A stretch of DNA of 64,000 nt from Peptococcaceae bacterium UBA5752 (GTDB taxonomy: Bacteria; Bacillota; Dehalobacteriia; UBA4068), in assembly GCA_002419055.1 (NCBI GenBank), contig DIFI01000020.1:14851-78850 (forward strand), in the 5' to 3' direction. Each line of letters starts with the position of its first letter. The first letter of the stretch is position 1. Below are positions 1 to 10,763 of this stretch, piece by piece. The notes under the pieces were generated by a model. It had not been told where the DNA came from. It worked only from the letters and a program-made list of their open reading frames with translations, and did not search any database. The translations under genes were made by a program, and so were the position numbers.

Positions 1-39
1 CTACTGCAGTATAATACTATCTCTTGAAATTGGCAAGAG

Positions 40-1179
40 TTATTTTGCCAAAAACATGGCTATTTTTTGTTTGAGTACTTCTTTATCGCTGTCCGAATAA
101 TCAGTTGAGATGTCGAGAGTAGGCACTTGAATATCATTGCCAGATAAATCCGGACAAATACAACAACTACCAAGACGAACGTTGATCAGTGCATCGGCAT
201 CCGCATCTTTGATTAACTGTGACAGTGAATTTTGGCCGGTTTGATGAATCGGGCAGTTAATAAGATTGTGTTTTTTAGCTAATGCCTGCCAGGGGTTAGT
301 CTGAGCGATAGATTCGTCAATTAGCGGTGACAGTCCCCAACGGCAGTTGTCAAACGCCACAATATTGGCGCCTAATTCTTCCACGGGCTTAATAACCTTA
401 TCGATCAGGCCATTTAAGCCGCAGCCGCTAATGATGATACGTTTGCCGCTGTTGTTTGTATTTGACACGGCGGCTTGATCTATTGCCGCATTAAGCTTTT
501 GCAGTTTATCCTGATGATCAAAAATAAATGCGGCGCCGTCAAGTATCTTCGCTAAATTATAGCCGCTAAGCAGCGGCGGGTTTTCACGGCACATCATAAC
601 TAATTTATTATGCGTTTGAGTTTGTTGATTACTCTTAACTATTTCTTGTTGTAGCTTCGCGTCGCTAATCTGGCAATTATAACGGTCAGCTAATTCAGAA
701 GCAAAATTGCGCAATTCTTTTTCCATTTTAAAGTCAGTGTCGCTGCGTTTAGGCAGCTGAAGAATATATACGTCTTTAATTTTTCTTAGAAGTTGATAAA
801 TTTGCAGCCGTCTTCCGCAGACATCTTCACCGATTAAAATATCAGAGAAATGGATATAAGGGCATTTGTCGGATAACGCCAAACCGTAGGTAGCTCTAAC
901 GGCCGAACAGATCCCGTGCGGCATCTGATCCGCAATGGCTGCTAATTCATGGTCTTTAGCCGTATTGCAGATGTTAACAGTGGTAAACCCGGCGGCAGCG
1001 AGCAACTCACGAGGTGCAAATGCGCAAAAACAGCCGGCGATAAGGCCGCCGTTATCTTTGATCTTTTTGGCATGGAGGAAGCCTAATTGACGGGCTTCTG
1101 TAAATTCGGTAAAGAGCTTTTTTACGATATGCCATCCCTCCATCTTGAGTAACAACATAAATTTTAACATGCATGGCAT
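40..1179 (-). CDS. 2-hydroxyacyl-CoA dehydratase / BcrC-BadD-HgdB family subunit
   Basis: The translation has the family-typical N-terminal region (GGLIAGCFCAFAPRELLAAAGF) and scattered Cys residues. No clear SD precedes any candidate start. The true start may be the internal ATG at 1143 (MEGWHIVKK). Confidence 0.55.
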   Translation of the reverse strand: MPCMLKFMLLLKMEGWHIVKKLFTEFTEARQLGFLHAKKIKDNGGLIAGCFCAFAPRELLAAAGFTTVNICNTAKDHELAAIADQMPHGICSAVRATYGLALSDKCPYIHFSDILIGEDVCGRRLQIYQLLRKIKDVYILQLPKRSDTDFKMEKELRNFASELADRYNCQISDAKLQQEIVKSNQQTQTHNKLVMMCRENPPLLSGYNLAKILDGAAFIFDHQDKLQKLNAAIDQAAVSNTNNSGKRIIISGCGLNGLIDKVIKPVEELGANIVAFDNCRWGLSPLIDESIAQTNPWQALAKKHNLINCPIHQTGQNSLSQLIKDADADALINVRLGSCCICPDLSGNDIQVPTLDISTDYSDSDKEVLKQKIAMFLAK

Positions 1180-1221
1180 ATATTATGCAAATAAAAAATA
1201 TTATTTATCATCTATTACATG

Positions 1222-1250
1222 TTGACAAATGATATTATAGCTAATATAAT
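1222..1250 (+). promoter_or_regulatory. Consensus sigma-A-type promoter upstream of the PadR gene
   Basis: TTGACA (1222-1227), a 17-nt spacer, then TATAAT (1245-1250), about 40 nt upstream of the padR-like start. Confidence 0.6.
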
Positions 1251-1289
1251 ATTACTAAACCAATAACGAAAGGCAAGTGGGGTGAGGAT

Positions 1290-1640
1290 ATGTCTTTTAA
1301 CAACAGTGCGGCATTGCTTGATGCCTTGGTCTTAGCCGTTGTTTCCGGCGAAGATATTTACGGCTATCGGATAACTCAGCAAATCCGCCAAGCTGTCGAT
1401 GTTTCAGAGTCTACACTCTATCCTGTATTACGTAGGTTGCAAAAGGATAACTGTCTTAATATCTACGATCAAGAGTATTCCGGGCGTAATCGCCGCTATT
1501 ATAAAATTACTGATCGAGGCAAACTGCAGCTTGCACTATACAGGGAACAATGGAACGATTATCGTAATAGTATAGAAAATATATTATTTGCCGGTAATAA
1601 GTCAGACCAAGGAGGTGAATCGGATGGAATATCAAAGTGA
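1290..1640 (+). CDS. PadR family transcriptional regulator
   Basis: PadR winged-helix signature: IYGYRITQQI...STLYPVLRRLQKDNCL...RRYYKITDRGK. SD GGGGTGAGG lies upstream. Confidence 0.85.
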   Translation: MSFNNSAALLDALVLAVVSGEDIYGYRITQQIRQAVDVSESTLYPVLRRLQKDNCLNIYDQEYSGRNRRYYKITDRGKLQLALYREQWNDYRNSIENILFAGNKSDQGGESDGISK

Positions 1641-2289
1641 TAGAGAGCATTATCTGGCCATATTGCAAAAACGCTTGATGGTAATACCGGCCAATGAGCG
1701 CGAAGCGGCAATGAAATTTTACGAGGAGTATTTTGCGGATGCCGGCGAGGAGAATGAAGATGCTGTCATCAGCGAGCTTGGAGATCCGATTTCACTGGCA
1801 GATACAATTATTGACGATTATCGACATACCAGTGTTAACAAGGACCAGGCTGATCCAAAAAATGATGTTAAGCGAGAAAAACCACCTGAAGAAAACAAAA
1901 ATAATACAGCTTGGTATTGGATTGTCAGAGTATTAGTGCTGTTTATGATTATCGCACTGTTTGCTTCCGCAGGTCAATTAATGCCGGTTTGTGCTATTTT
2001 AGGAATAATAATTATTGTAATGATAATTATTTTTAACAAAGACATAATTAATAAAGAAAACGGAGGACAAAAAATGGATACCGATAGTAGACCCCATACC
2101 CTGTATCGTACCGAGGATAATAAAAAGATCTTGGGTGTATGCGGAGGTTTAGGTGAATATTTTGGCATTGACGCAACAATTATACGCTTATTATGGGTTG
2201 TTCTGATACTTGTATATGGTGCAGGTATTTTGGCCTATTTTATTGCGGCTATCATTATGCCAACCAAGAGTAAAGTTATAAATAAATAG
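1624..2289 (+). CDS. Membrane protein with N-terminal DUF1700 (PadR-associated) domain fused to C-terminal PspC domain
   Basis: Start reassigned to ATG 1624, behind SD AAGGAGGTG, overlapping the padR stop. The N-terminus (REHYLAILQKRL...EREAAMKFYEEYF) is DUF1700-like. The C-terminus (ILGVCGGLGEYFGIDATIIRLLWVV) is PspC-like. TM segments lie between the two. Confidence 0.75.
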   Translation: MEYQSDREHYLAILQKRLMVIPANEREAAMKFYEEYFADAGEENEDAVISELGDPISLADTIIDDYRHTSVNKDQADPKNDVKREKPPEENKNNTAWYWIVRVLVLFMIIALFASAGQLMPVCAILGIIIIVMIIIFNKDIINKENGGQKMDTDSRPHTLYRTEDNKKILGVCGGLGEYFGIDATIIRLLWVVLILVYGAGILAYFIAAIIMPTKSKVINK

Positions 2290-2326
2290 TTTTGGTTAGT
2301 TTAAATGTTGCTAACGACTGGGCCTC

Positions 2327-2357
2327 TGATAAAGAGGCTCAGTTTTTGATTGTTATA
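2327..2357 (+). terminator. Rho-independent terminator after the PspC-domain gene
   Basis: An 11-bp stem (actgggcctct / agaggctcagt, one G-U pair) with a 5-nt loop, followed by TTTTT. Confidence 0.6.
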
Positions 2358-2472
2358 TTATTGTTTCAGGTGTCAAATACTCTCAATTAGTACTGGAAAA
2401 ATTATATCTTTATGATATAATTATCTAATTATGGCGAAATAATTACAATGTTTTATTAGAGGTGAGCTGCTT

Positions 2473-4089
2473 TTGTCTAGGGACAATAAACAATCAATAT
2501 TTAAAGCTGCCGGCTTTTTAATGACAACAATGATCATTTCCCGCGTTCTCGGCTATGTCCGCGATGTGGTACTTTATAATATGTTCGGCCAGAACCGTCT
2601 TACTGATGCCTATAACGCTGCCTTTTCTATTCCGGATTTTCTCTACAGCATATTGGTTGGCGGTGCTTTAAGCTCGGCTTTCATACCGGTTTTTTCATAT
2701 TACATCACCCGTGGCGAAGAGGATGAAGCCTGGACGGTGGCCAGCATAGTTATTAGTTGGATCATGGTGCTACTTTGCATTGGGCTGGTTATTTGCTATG
2801 TGTTTACACCGCAGCTAATCGGGCTGCTGGTGCCCGGTTTTGATGCTAAATCTGCTGCCCTGACCGTGACGCTGACGAGGATCATGCTGATCCAGGTAGT
2901 ATTTTTGTCGTTATGCGGTGTTTCTATGGGCATCCTTCATTCATTTAAGCATTTCACGACGCCGGCGATTGGATCCGTTTTTTATAATCTTGGCATTGTT
3001 TTGGGCGGCGCTTTACTGGCCGGCCCGATCGAGGCAATTTGGCCAGGCTATGGTATTGCCGCTTTCTCGGTCGGAGTTGTTATGGGCGCGATTGCTAACT
3101 TTATGGTACAAGCGCCGGTACTGTATAAAAAAGGCATTAAATTTCATTTTAATCTCAATTACCGTCATCCCGGTTTTAAACAACTAATCTACTTAATGAT
3201 ACCGATTTTTATCGGTCTTTCTATCAGCCAGATAAACCTTTTTGTTACCCAAAATCTTGCCTCAAACTTAAGTGATGGCATGATTGCGGCGCTGCGAATG
3301 GGGCAGCGTTTTATGCAGCTGCCGGTAGGCATTTTTGCTATCGCTATTGCTATGGCGGTATTCCCGACATTGACTTCACAAGCTGCGCTTAATGAAGTTG
3401 ACGAGTTCAAAAAAACCATGTCACTCGGCGTACGCTCGGTAGTTTTTATTACTTTGCCTTCGGCAGTAGGGTTAGCAGTTTTACGGGAGCCGATTATCCG
3501 CCTGATGTTCGAGTTTAAAGGCGGCGAATTCACTGCCGCTGCGACAACAGCTGCCGGTAATGCGCTGCTGTTTTATTCGATCGGACTTGTCGGCTACAGC
3601 GTAGTACATGTGCTGATTCGCAGCTTTTATGCCCTCAAGGACACCCGTACCTCGGTAATTATCGGAGTTGTTTCAATCGGCATAAATATTGTTTGCAGCT
3701 TGCTGCTGATTGGCCCACTCCAGCATCGAGGTTTGGCACTGGCTTATTCAATCGCCGGTCTATCCCAAGCGCTGTTACTGCTATATTTCCTCCGTCGAAA
3801 GATAGGTCATATTGATATTAAGAACATTGCGGTATCATTTTTTAAGACAGCAATGGTTTGTGCAATCATGGGTATTGCGGCCTGGGAAGTATGTCAATTA
3901 TCTACCAATTTGGTTGATATCAGTAGTAAATTCGGTCAGGTTGCCCAGTTGGGATCTGCGATGATTGTTGCCATCGGTATCTACTTTGCCTTAACTTACG
4001 CGATTAAGATGGAAGAGGCACGGGTGGTATTTAGTATGTTCGGTAGTCGCTTTAAATTTCTTAATCGTCTGCGCAATAAGATTCATTAA
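2473..4089 (+). CDS. murJ: Lipid II flippase MurJ (MviN)
   Basis: N-terminus is typical of MurJ: SRVLGYVRDVVLYNMFG...DAYNAAFSIPDFLY. Polytopic membrane protein of 538 aa. TTG start behind AGAGGTGAG. Confidence 0.85.
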   Translation: MSRDNKQSIFKAAGFLMTTMIISRVLGYVRDVVLYNMFGQNRLTDAYNAAFSIPDFLYSILVGGALSSAFIPVFSYYITRGEEDEAWTVASIVISWIMVLLCIGLVICYVFTPQLIGLLVPGFDAKSAALTVTLTRIMLIQVVFLSLCGVSMGILHSFKHFTTPAIGSVFYNLGIVLGGALLAGPIEAIWPGYGIAAFSVGVVMGAIANFMVQAPVLYKKGIKFHFNLNYRHPGFKQLIYLMIPIFIGLSISQINLFVTQNLASNLSDGMIAALRMGQRFMQLPVGIFAIAIAMAVFPTLTSQAALNEVDEFKKTMSLGVRSVVFITLPSAVGLAVLREPIIRLMFEFKGGEFTAAATTAAGNALLFYSIGLVGYSVVHVLIRSFYALKDTRTSVIIGVVSIGINIVCSLLLIGPLQHRGLALAYSIAGLSQALLLLYFLRRKIGHIDIKNIAVSFFKTAMVCAIMGIAAWEVCQLSTNLVDISSKFGQVAQLGSAMIVAIGIYFALTYAIKMEEARVVFSMFGSRFKFLNRLRNKIH

Positions 4090-4104
4090 TATTGGAGAAA
4101 TTTT

Positions 4105-5907
4105 ATGACATCACAGGAAATGATCCGCAATTTTTCTATAATAGCTCATATTGATCACGGCAAAAGTACGCTGGCTGACCGTCTGCTTGAATTTACCGGT
4201 ACGGTGGCGGCGCGCGATATGACGAAGCAACTTCTTGACTCGATGGACTTGGAGCAGGAACGGGGCATTACGATCAAATTGCAGGCTGTCCGCCTGCAGT
4301 ATCGAGCTGTAGATGGCCAAGAGTATCAGCTTAATCTGATTGATACTCCCGGACACGTCGATTTTAACTACGAGGTGTCGCGCAGCCTGGCCGCCTGTGA
4401 AGGGGCGCTGCTTGTTGTCGATGCTGTACAGGGCATTGAGGCGCAGACGCTGGCTAATGTCTATTTGGCCTTAGAGCATGATTTAGAAATCATACCGGTG
4501 ATCAACAAGATTGATTTACCCGGTGCCGATCCCGAAGGCGTATGCAAACAAATAGAGGACATTATTGGCCTGTCAACCGAGAATGTTATCTTTGCTTCGG
4601 CAAAGACCGGTGTAGGAACATCCGAAATACTGGAGTCGATAGTTAAATATATTCCGCCTCCTCATGGCGATTTTCAGCAACCGTTGGCTGCGTTGATATT
4701 TGACTCCCATTTTGACAGCTATCGGGGTGTTATTCCCTATATTCGCGTTTTTGACGGCTTCATCGAAAAGGGTATGAAAATTCATATGATCAATAGCGGC
4801 AAGAGCATGGAAGTAACCGAAACCGGCATTTTTACGCCGGCCGCCAAACAGGTGGAGCGCTTGAATGCCGGAGAGGTCGGCTATATTGCCGCCGCGGTTA
4901 AAAATGTTAAAGATTCTCAAGTTGGTGATACGCTCACAGATGCTAATAATCCCTGTCAGTTTCCGTTGCCCGGTTACCGTCCGGCGGTAAGCATGGTTTA
5001 TTGCGGTCTTTATCCGGTTGAGAATAATGATTATGGTGATTTAAAGGATGCTTTAGAAAAACTACAGCTTAACGATGCGGCGTTGAAATTTGAGGCCGAA
5101 ACTTCGGTTGCGCTTGGTTTTGGTTTCCGCTGCGGTTTTTTGGGGTTGCTGCATATGGAGATCGTCAAAGAGCGCCTTGAGCGGGAATACAATCTTAATT
5201 TGCTGATTACCGCTCCTTCGGTCAGTTACCGGGCCAGCCGCACCGACGGCAGTGTTATCTATGTTGATAATCCTGTTAAATTGCCTTCTGTCAATGAATT
5301 GGCTTTGATAGAAGAACCTTATGTAAAAGCTACCATTATGATACCCAGTGATTATGTCGGCAGTGTCATGGAACTGGCTACCGAACGGCGGGGCGCATTT
5401 ATTAATATGGAATATATTAATCCGACGCGAGTAATGATGATTTACGATCTGCCGCTGGCAGAGATAATATTTGATTTCTTTGATCAGCTCAAATCGCGTA
5501 CCCGCGGTTATGCTTCGCTGGATTATGAGTTTGCCGGTTACCGCGAAGCGGATTTAGTCAAGCTCGATATCTTAGTCAATGACCAAATTGTTGATGCGCT
5601 TTCCTGCATAGTTCATAAAGACAATGCCTATCGTCGGGGCCGTGCCATTGTTGCCAAATTGCGTAGCCTGATTCCGCGCCAGATGTTTGAGGTGCCGGTG
5701 CAGGCTGCCTTGGGAAATAAAGTAATTGCCCGCGAATCGGTTAAAGCTCTGCGTAAAGATGTTTTGGAAAAATGCTATGGCGGCGATATCAGCCGCAAAC
5801 GGAAGTTGCTGGAAAAGCAAAAAGAGGGTAAAAAGCGGATGAAACAGGTTGGCAATGTTGAGATTCCTCAGGAAGCGTTTATGGCCGTTTTGGAAATAAA
5901 GGAGTAA
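4105..5907 (+). CDS. lepA: Translation elongation factor 4 (LepA)
   Basis: [30 protein letters not shown] and NKIDLP GTPase motifs, and the LepA C-terminal domain. 600 aa. Confidence 0.97.
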   Translation: MTSQEMIRNFSIIAHIDHGKSTLADRLLEFTGTVAARDMTKQLLDSMDLEQERGITIKLQAVRLQYRAVDGQEYQLNLIDTPGHVDFNYEVSRSLAACEGALLVVDAVQGIEAQTLANVYLALEHDLEIIPVINKIDLPGADPEGVCKQIEDIIGLSTENVIFASAKTGVGTSEILESIVKYIPPPHGDFQQPLAALIFDSHFDSYRGVIPYIRVFDGFIEKGMKIHMINSGKSMEVTETGIFTPAAKQVERLNAGEVGYIAAAVKNVKDSQVGDTLTDANNPCQFPLPGYRPAVSMVYCGLYPVENNDYGDLKDALEKLQLNDAALKFEAETSVALGFGFRCGFLGLLHMEIVKERLEREYNLNLLITAPSVSYRASRTDGSVIYVDNPVKLPSVNELALIEEPYVKATIMIPSDYVGSVMELATERRGAFINMEYINPTRVMMIYDLPLAEIIFDFFDQLKSRTRGYASLDYEFAGYREADLVKLDILVNDQIVDALSCIVHKDNAYRRGRAIVAKLRSLIPRQMFEVPVQAALGNKVIARESVKALRKDVLEKCYGGDISRKRKLLEKQKEGKKRMKQVGNVEIPQEAFMAVLEIKE

Positions 5908-5910
5908 AAG

Positions 5911-7035
5911 ATGAAATTTACTTCGATATATATTCACATTCCTTTTTGTCGCCGCAAATGTAATTACTGTGATTTTGTTTCCTTTCCGGTTGCAGATCAA
6001 CAACAGTATTTTACCATTTACGGTGATTTGCTTTTAAAAGAATTAAGCTTATGGCAGCAGCAAGGAAGTGATTTTTCGCAGCTTCAAAGCTTATATTTCG
6101 GCGGTGGTACGCCGTCGTTGCTGGCAATCGAAAGTATTAAAGCATTATTATCTTGCTTACATCAAACGTCTGAAATAACGCTCGAAGCCAATCCGGAAAC
6201 GGTTGATTTTGATTTTTTGCAGCAATTGCACGATGCCGGAGTTAATCGTCTTTCACTGGGAGCCCAAAGCTTTAATGATCAGGCGCTGCAAGTAATGGGC
6301 CGCTGTCATACAGCCGCACAAACAATAAATGCGTTTAATGAAGCCCGCAGGGCGGGTTTTACAAATATCAATCTCGATTTGATCTATGGTTGGCCAATGC
6401 AAGATAGAGCACAGATGCAAGCTGATTTAGCCGTGGCGTTGGCTCTTGATCCGGAGCATCTATCGCTTTATGGACTAAGCCTTTCCGATCAAAGCCCCTG
6501 GGGTAAAAGAATGTTGTCCGGGGATCTGGAGATTGCTGATAGCGACTTATCCGCAGATATGCAGGAGGATGCTATGAAAATACTTGAGGCCGCCGGACTG
6601 CACCAGTATGAGATTGCCAATTATGCAAAAGCAGGTTTTGCCAGCCTTCATAACTGCTCATATTGGCAGCGGCAGAACTATCTTGGTATTGGCTGTGCTG
6701 CAGCTTCCTGTTTGCTGGAAAAACGTTGGAGCAACTTGAAAAATCTGGCGGATTATGCTTCTTCTGTTGAACAAGGCAAGCTGCCTGTTTGTGAACAGGA
6801 GACACTTTCTTTTGATGAGATTATTGCCGAAGCGATCTTTTTGGGGTTACGCCTGCGGCAAGGGATTGATCTTGACCAATTTGCCGAGCTGTACGGTCTG
6901 CGTGCCGAAAAACGTTTTGCCAAACAATTACGCCAATTGACCGAAGACGGGCTGTTGATAGTGGAAGACGGATCAATGCGGCTCAGTAAAAAAGGTCTTT
7001 TGCTGGGCAATGAGGTTTTCTATAAATTCATCTAA
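5911..7035 (+). CDS. hemW: Radical SAM heme chaperone HemW (HemN-like)
   Basis: YIHIPFCRRKCNYCDF radical-SAM CxxxCxxC motif. The size and position after lepA match the yqeR/hemN-like arrangement of Firmicutes. Confidence 0.85.
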   Translation: MKFTSIYIHIPFCRRKCNYCDFVSFPVADQQQYFTIYGDLLLKELSLWQQQGSDFSQLQSLYFGGGTPSLLAIESIKALLSCLHQTSEITLEANPETVDFDFLQQLHDAGVNRLSLGAQSFNDQALQVMGRCHTAAQTINAFNEARRAGFTNINLDLIYGWPMQDRAQMQADLAVALALDPEHLSLYGLSLSDQSPWGKRMLSGDLEIADSDLSADMQEDAMKILEAAGLHQYEIANYAKAGFASLHNCSYWQRQNYLGIGCAAASCLLEKRWSNLKNLADYASSVEQGKLPVCEQETLSFDEIIAEAIFLGLRLRQGIDLDQFAELYGLRAEKRFAKQLRQLTEDGLLIVEDGSMRLSKKGLLLGNEVFYKFI

Positions 7036-7063
7036 ATTTCATGATAATTTTTGAATCAATCTC

Positions 7064-7092
7064 TTGACAAAAATAGTTAAAAGTTGTAAATT
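7064..7092 (+). promoter_or_regulatory. Sigma-A-type promoter of the hrcA operon
   Basis: TTGACA (7064-7069), a 17-nt spacer, then TAAATT (7087-7092). The predicted transcription start falls at the CIRCE element. Confidence 0.55.
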
Positions 7093-7096
7093 TATT

Positions 7097-7123
7097 TTAG
7101 CACTCACCGACCGAGAGTGCTAT
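7097..7123 (+). promoter_or_regulatory. CIRCE operator (HrcA binding site)
   Basis: TTAGCACTC-N9-GAGTGCTAT, against the consensus TTAGCACTC-N9-GAGTGCTAA. It lies directly upstream of hrcA. Confidence 0.9.
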
Positions 7124-7143
7124 TAAATGGAAGGACGAGAGCT

Positions 7144-8175
7144 ATGGATGAGCGCAAAAAACAAATTCTCAATGCTATCATCAAGGATTATATTGCCAAT
7201 GGCGAGCCTGTAGGTTCTCGTGCTGTGGCTAAGAAGTATGGTCTTGGTGTATCATCGGCCACGATCAGAAATGAAATGTCTGATTTAGAAGAGCTGGGAT
7301 ATATCGAACAGCCGCATACTTCAGCCGGTCGCGTTCCTTCCGACAAAGGCTATCATTATTATGTTGATTATTTGATGCAAAAAGAGCAAATAAGCCAGGA
7401 AGATGTTTATTTAATACGCGAAGGTTTATCAAACCATTTGAACGAGATGGAAGCATATTTGCGTTCTTGTTGCTCAATGATCTCGCATTTAACAAATTAT
7501 TTCACTATGATTGCGCTTCCACAGCAAGGGCAGGGTAAGTTGGAGAAAATCCAGTTGATGCCACTTGATGATTATCGAGTGATGGTGGTTTTGTATACTT
7601 CATTTGGTTCTATTCGTCATAAAGTCATAGCTTTAAATAATCCGGTTTTACCGCAGCAATTAGCCCAAATAGAGGCATTGTTAGCTGACAAGTTAACAGG
7701 CATTGATATTGACCGTTTTTCATACGGGTTACTGAAGCGGATTATCGGCGAGTTTGATCGTCGCCAACGTTTGCTGGATGAGGCGTTTGTGCTCTTAGAT
7801 CAGGCTTTAACAGATGATTTCAGTCAACGTGTATTTACTGACGGCGCGCTGCATATGCTTTCACAGCCGGAGTTTCGCGATGTGGATAAGCTGCGCGGTG
7901 TTTTTGAAGTCTTGGAGGCAGATGATAAGGTTCAAAATCTGCTGACAAAATCCGAGGAAGCGCCTGTTTCGGTTGCAATTGGTGGAGAAATGCCTGATGA
8001 AAGTCTCAAAAATTGCAGCATTGTCATGGCCAATTATTTTATCAATGGTAAAAAAGCCGGTACAATTGGTGTTATGGGACCGACGCGTATGAGTTATCCC
8101 AAGACTATTTCGTTAGTTGAATTTATCGCTAATGAATTATCCAACTCATTATCGCAGCTGAACAAACGCCGTTAA
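7144..8175 (+). CDS. hrcA: Heat-inducible transcription repressor HrcA
   Basis: MDERKKQILNAIIKDYIANGEPVGSR...SSATIRNEMSDLEELGYIEQPHTSAGRVPSDKGY. Start moved to ATG 7144 because the listed ORF begins inside CIRCE. Confidence 0.95.
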   Translation: MDERKKQILNAIIKDYIANGEPVGSRAVAKKYGLGVSSATIRNEMSDLEELGYIEQPHTSAGRVPSDKGYHYYVDYLMQKEQISQEDVYLIREGLSNHLNEMEAYLRSCCSMISHLTNYFTMIALPQQGQGKLEKIQLMPLDDYRVMVVLYTSFGSIRHKVIALNNPVLPQQLAQIEALLADKLTGIDIDRFSYGLLKRIIGEFDRRQRLLDEAFVLLDQALTDDFSQRVFTDGALHMLSQPEFRDVDKLRGVFEVLEADDKVQNLLTKSEEAPVSVAIGGEMPDESLKNCSIVMANYFINGKKAGTIGVMGPTRMSYPKTISLVEFIANELSNSLSQLNKRR

Positions 8176-8196
8176 ATACAATTTTGAGGTGAAAAA

Positions 8197-8772
8197 ATGA
8201 GCGATCAAGTAAAAGATCAAGATTTACAGCAAAACGAAGCTGAGCAACAGTCTTCACCCGATCAGCAACAGGATCAGGGGCAAGAATTTTCTCCCCTTAG
8301 TGAAGAAGAAGCGAAGCAGCAATTTGAGCAGTTTATGGAAGCTGTTACAAAGTTAGCTGCGGAAAAAGAAGAATTAGAACAAAAATTTATGCGCCTGCAG
8401 GCTGACTTTGATAACTTTCGCAAACGCAATCGTCAAGAAAAAGAAGATATTATTAAGTCTGCTAACAGCCGCTTAGTGGGTACTCTGCTACCAGTGCTTG
8501 ATAATTTTGCTCGTGCTTTAACATCGTTTGCAGACAGTTCCGAAAAAGAAGGAGTGGAACTGATATATAAGCAATTATCCTATTTGCTGGAACAAGAAGG
8601 TCTACAAGTAATTGTATCTGAAGGTGCCGATTTTGATCCAAATATTCATGAAGCGGTACTGCAGGAGAATGCCGGAGAAGAAAATCAAGGTAAGGTCATA
8701 GCGGAAGTTCAAAAAGGTTATACTTTTAATGGCAGATTACTGAGACCTGCTATGGTACGGGTTGGTAAATAA
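8197..8772 (+). CDS. grpE: Nucleotide exchange factor GrpE
   Basis: RLQADFDNFRKRN...LLPVLDNF...GYTFNGRLLRPAMVRV. Position between hrcA and dnaK. Confidence 0.95.
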   Translation: MSDQVKDQDLQQNEAEQQSSPDQQQDQGQEFSPLSEEEAKQQFEQFMEAVTKLAAEKEELEQKFMRLQADFDNFRKRNRQEKEDIIKSANSRLVGTLLPVLDNFARALTSFADSSEKEGVELIYKQLSYLLEQEGLQVIVSEGADFDPNIHEAVLQENAGEENQGKVIAEVQKGYTFNGRLLRPAMVRVGK

Positions 8773-8807
8773 ATTTTATTTCATATAATTCTAAGGAGGA
8801 ATAGACA

Positions 8808-10670
8808 ATGGGTAAAGTTATCGGTATTGACTTAGGAACAACTAATTCCTGTGTAGCCGTTATGGAAGGTGGAGAAGCAATCGTAATACCAAATCCGGAA
8901 GGCGCACGGACAACACCTTCGGTTGTAGCTTTTGCTAACGGCGAAAGGATGGTCGGTCAAGTGGCCAAAAGACAGTCGGTGACCAATCCGGATAATACTG
9001 TTTCGTCAATTAAACGTTCAATGGGACAAAAAAAGATAGTCAAGCTGGCCGGCAAGGAATATCAGCCGCCGGAGATTTCAGCTTTTATTTTACAAAAGCT
9101 CAAAGCTGATGCAGAAGCATATCTCGGTGAGACAGTAACTCAGGCGGTAATTACCGTTCCCGCTTATTTTTCGGATGCCCAACGTCAAGCAACTAAGGAT
9201 GCCGGTAAAATTGCCGGTCTGGAAGTATTAAGAATTATCAATGAGCCTACTGCGGCTGCCTTAGCTTACGGACTCGACAAATCCGAGGCGCAAACAGTAT
9301 TGGTTTTCGATTTGGGCGGCGGTACTTTCGATGTCTCTATTCTTGAGCTCGATGACGGTGTTTTCGAGGTAAAGGCAACTTCCGGTAATAACTTCCTCGG
9401 TGGTGATGACTTTGACAAACGTGTTGTTGATTATTTGGTCAAAGAGTTTCGTCAGAAAGAAGGCATCGACCTGGCAGCTGACAAAATGTCCATGCAACGT
9501 TTGATTGAAGCCTCCGAAAAGGCCAAAATCGAGTTATCGGGTATGATGACTTCTAATATCAATCTACCTTTTATTACAGCTACAGCCAATGGTCCTAAAC
9601 ACTTGGATGTAACGCTGACACGAGCTAAATTTGATGAATTAACTGCTGATTTGGTGGAAAAGACTATGGTGCCTACTCGTCAGGCATTGAAGGATTCCGG
9701 CCTTTCGGTTGCTCAAATTGATAAGGTGTTATTGGTTGGCGGCTCAACCCGTATCCCTGCAGTACAAGATGCGATTAAAAATATTCTGGGCAAAGAACCG
9801 CATAAAGGTATCAACCCGGATGAATGTGTTGCCTTGGGTGCTGCTATTCAGGGCGGTATTCTCAATAAAGAAGTTAAGGACGTATTGTTGCTTGATGTGA
9901 CGCCGCTTTCGCTTGGCATCGAAACCATGGGCGGTATTTTTACCCGTATTATCGACCGCAACACCACGATTCCGACCGGCAAAAGCCAGATCTTCTCTAC
10001 GGCTTCCGATAATCAACCTTCAGTTGAGATTCACGTTTTGCAGGGTGAACGGCAGATGGCAGGCGACAATAAAACTTTGGGACGTTTCAATCTCACTGGT
10101 ATTGCTCCGGCGCCGCGTGGCGTGCCGCAAATCGAAGTCAGATTTGATATTGACGCCAATGGTATTGTTCATGTCAATGCCAAAGATTTAGGGACAGGCA
10201 AACAGCAAAGCATTACTATTACCGCGTCTTCCGGGTTGAGCGATTCGGAAATTGACCGCATGATGGCCGATGCCGATTCATATCGCGAAGAGGATGAAAA
10301 GAAGAAAAAACAAGTAGAAATCCGTAACCAAGGCGATAGTCTGCTTTATCAAGTTGAGCGTTCCCTCAAAGATCTCGAAGGCAAAGTCAAACCCGAGGAG
10401 ATGACCAATATTGAAGCCGCCAAGAAGGAGCTATCTGATGCATTGGCCGGTGATGATATTGATTTGATAGAAGAAAAGACCAAAGCGTTGAGCGAGGCTC
10501 TCTATAAAGTTACCGAACGCATTTACGGTGAAGCTGCGGCAGCCCAACAGGCGGCACAGCAGCAATCAGCAGGCGATAACTTCACCGGCGGCGCCGGTCA
10601 GCCTAATACCGGCGGCGACGACGTAGTGGATGCAGATTATGATGTAGTAGACGACGACAAAACCAAATAA
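8808..10670 (+). CDS. dnaK: Chaperone DnaK (Hsp70)
   Basis: [23 protein letters not shown] and the rest of the translation are full-length Hsp70 sequence. SD AAGGAGG. Confidence 0.99.
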   Translation: MGKVIGIDLGTTNSCVAVMEGGEAIVIPNPEGARTTPSVVAFANGERMVGQVAKRQSVTNPDNTVSSIKRSMGQKKIVKLAGKEYQPPEISAFILQKLKADAEAYLGETVTQAVITVPAYFSDAQRQATKDAGKIAGLEVLRIINEPTAAALAYGLDKSEAQTVLVFDLGGGTFDVSILELDDGVFEVKATSGNNFLGGDDFDKRVVDYLVKEFRQKEGIDLAADKMSMQRLIEASEKAKIELSGMMTSNINLPFITATANGPKHLDVTLTRAKFDELTADLVEKTMVPTRQALKDSGLSVAQIDKVLLVGGSTRIPAVQDAIKNILGKEPHKGINPDECVALGAAIQGGILNKEVKDVLLLDVTPLSLGIETMGGIFTRIIDRNTTIPTGKSQIFSTASDNQPSVEIHVLQGERQMAGDNKTLGRFNLTGIAPAPRGVPQIEVRFDIDANGIVHVNAKDLGTGKQQSITITASSGLSDSEIDRMMADADSYREEDEKKKKQVEIRNQGDSLLYQVERSLKDLEGKVKPEEMTNIEAAKKELSDALAGDDIDLIEEKTKALSEALYKVTERIYGEAAAAQQAAQQQSAGDNFTGGAGQPNTGGDDVVDADYDVVDDDKTK

Positions 10671-10763
10671 ATTTTAGTATATCATTATAGGGCAAGAGCA
10701 TAGCCCTTGCCCTATAATGATATTTATGTATGGGCGATAACATAGTTTACGAAAGGCTTGGAT

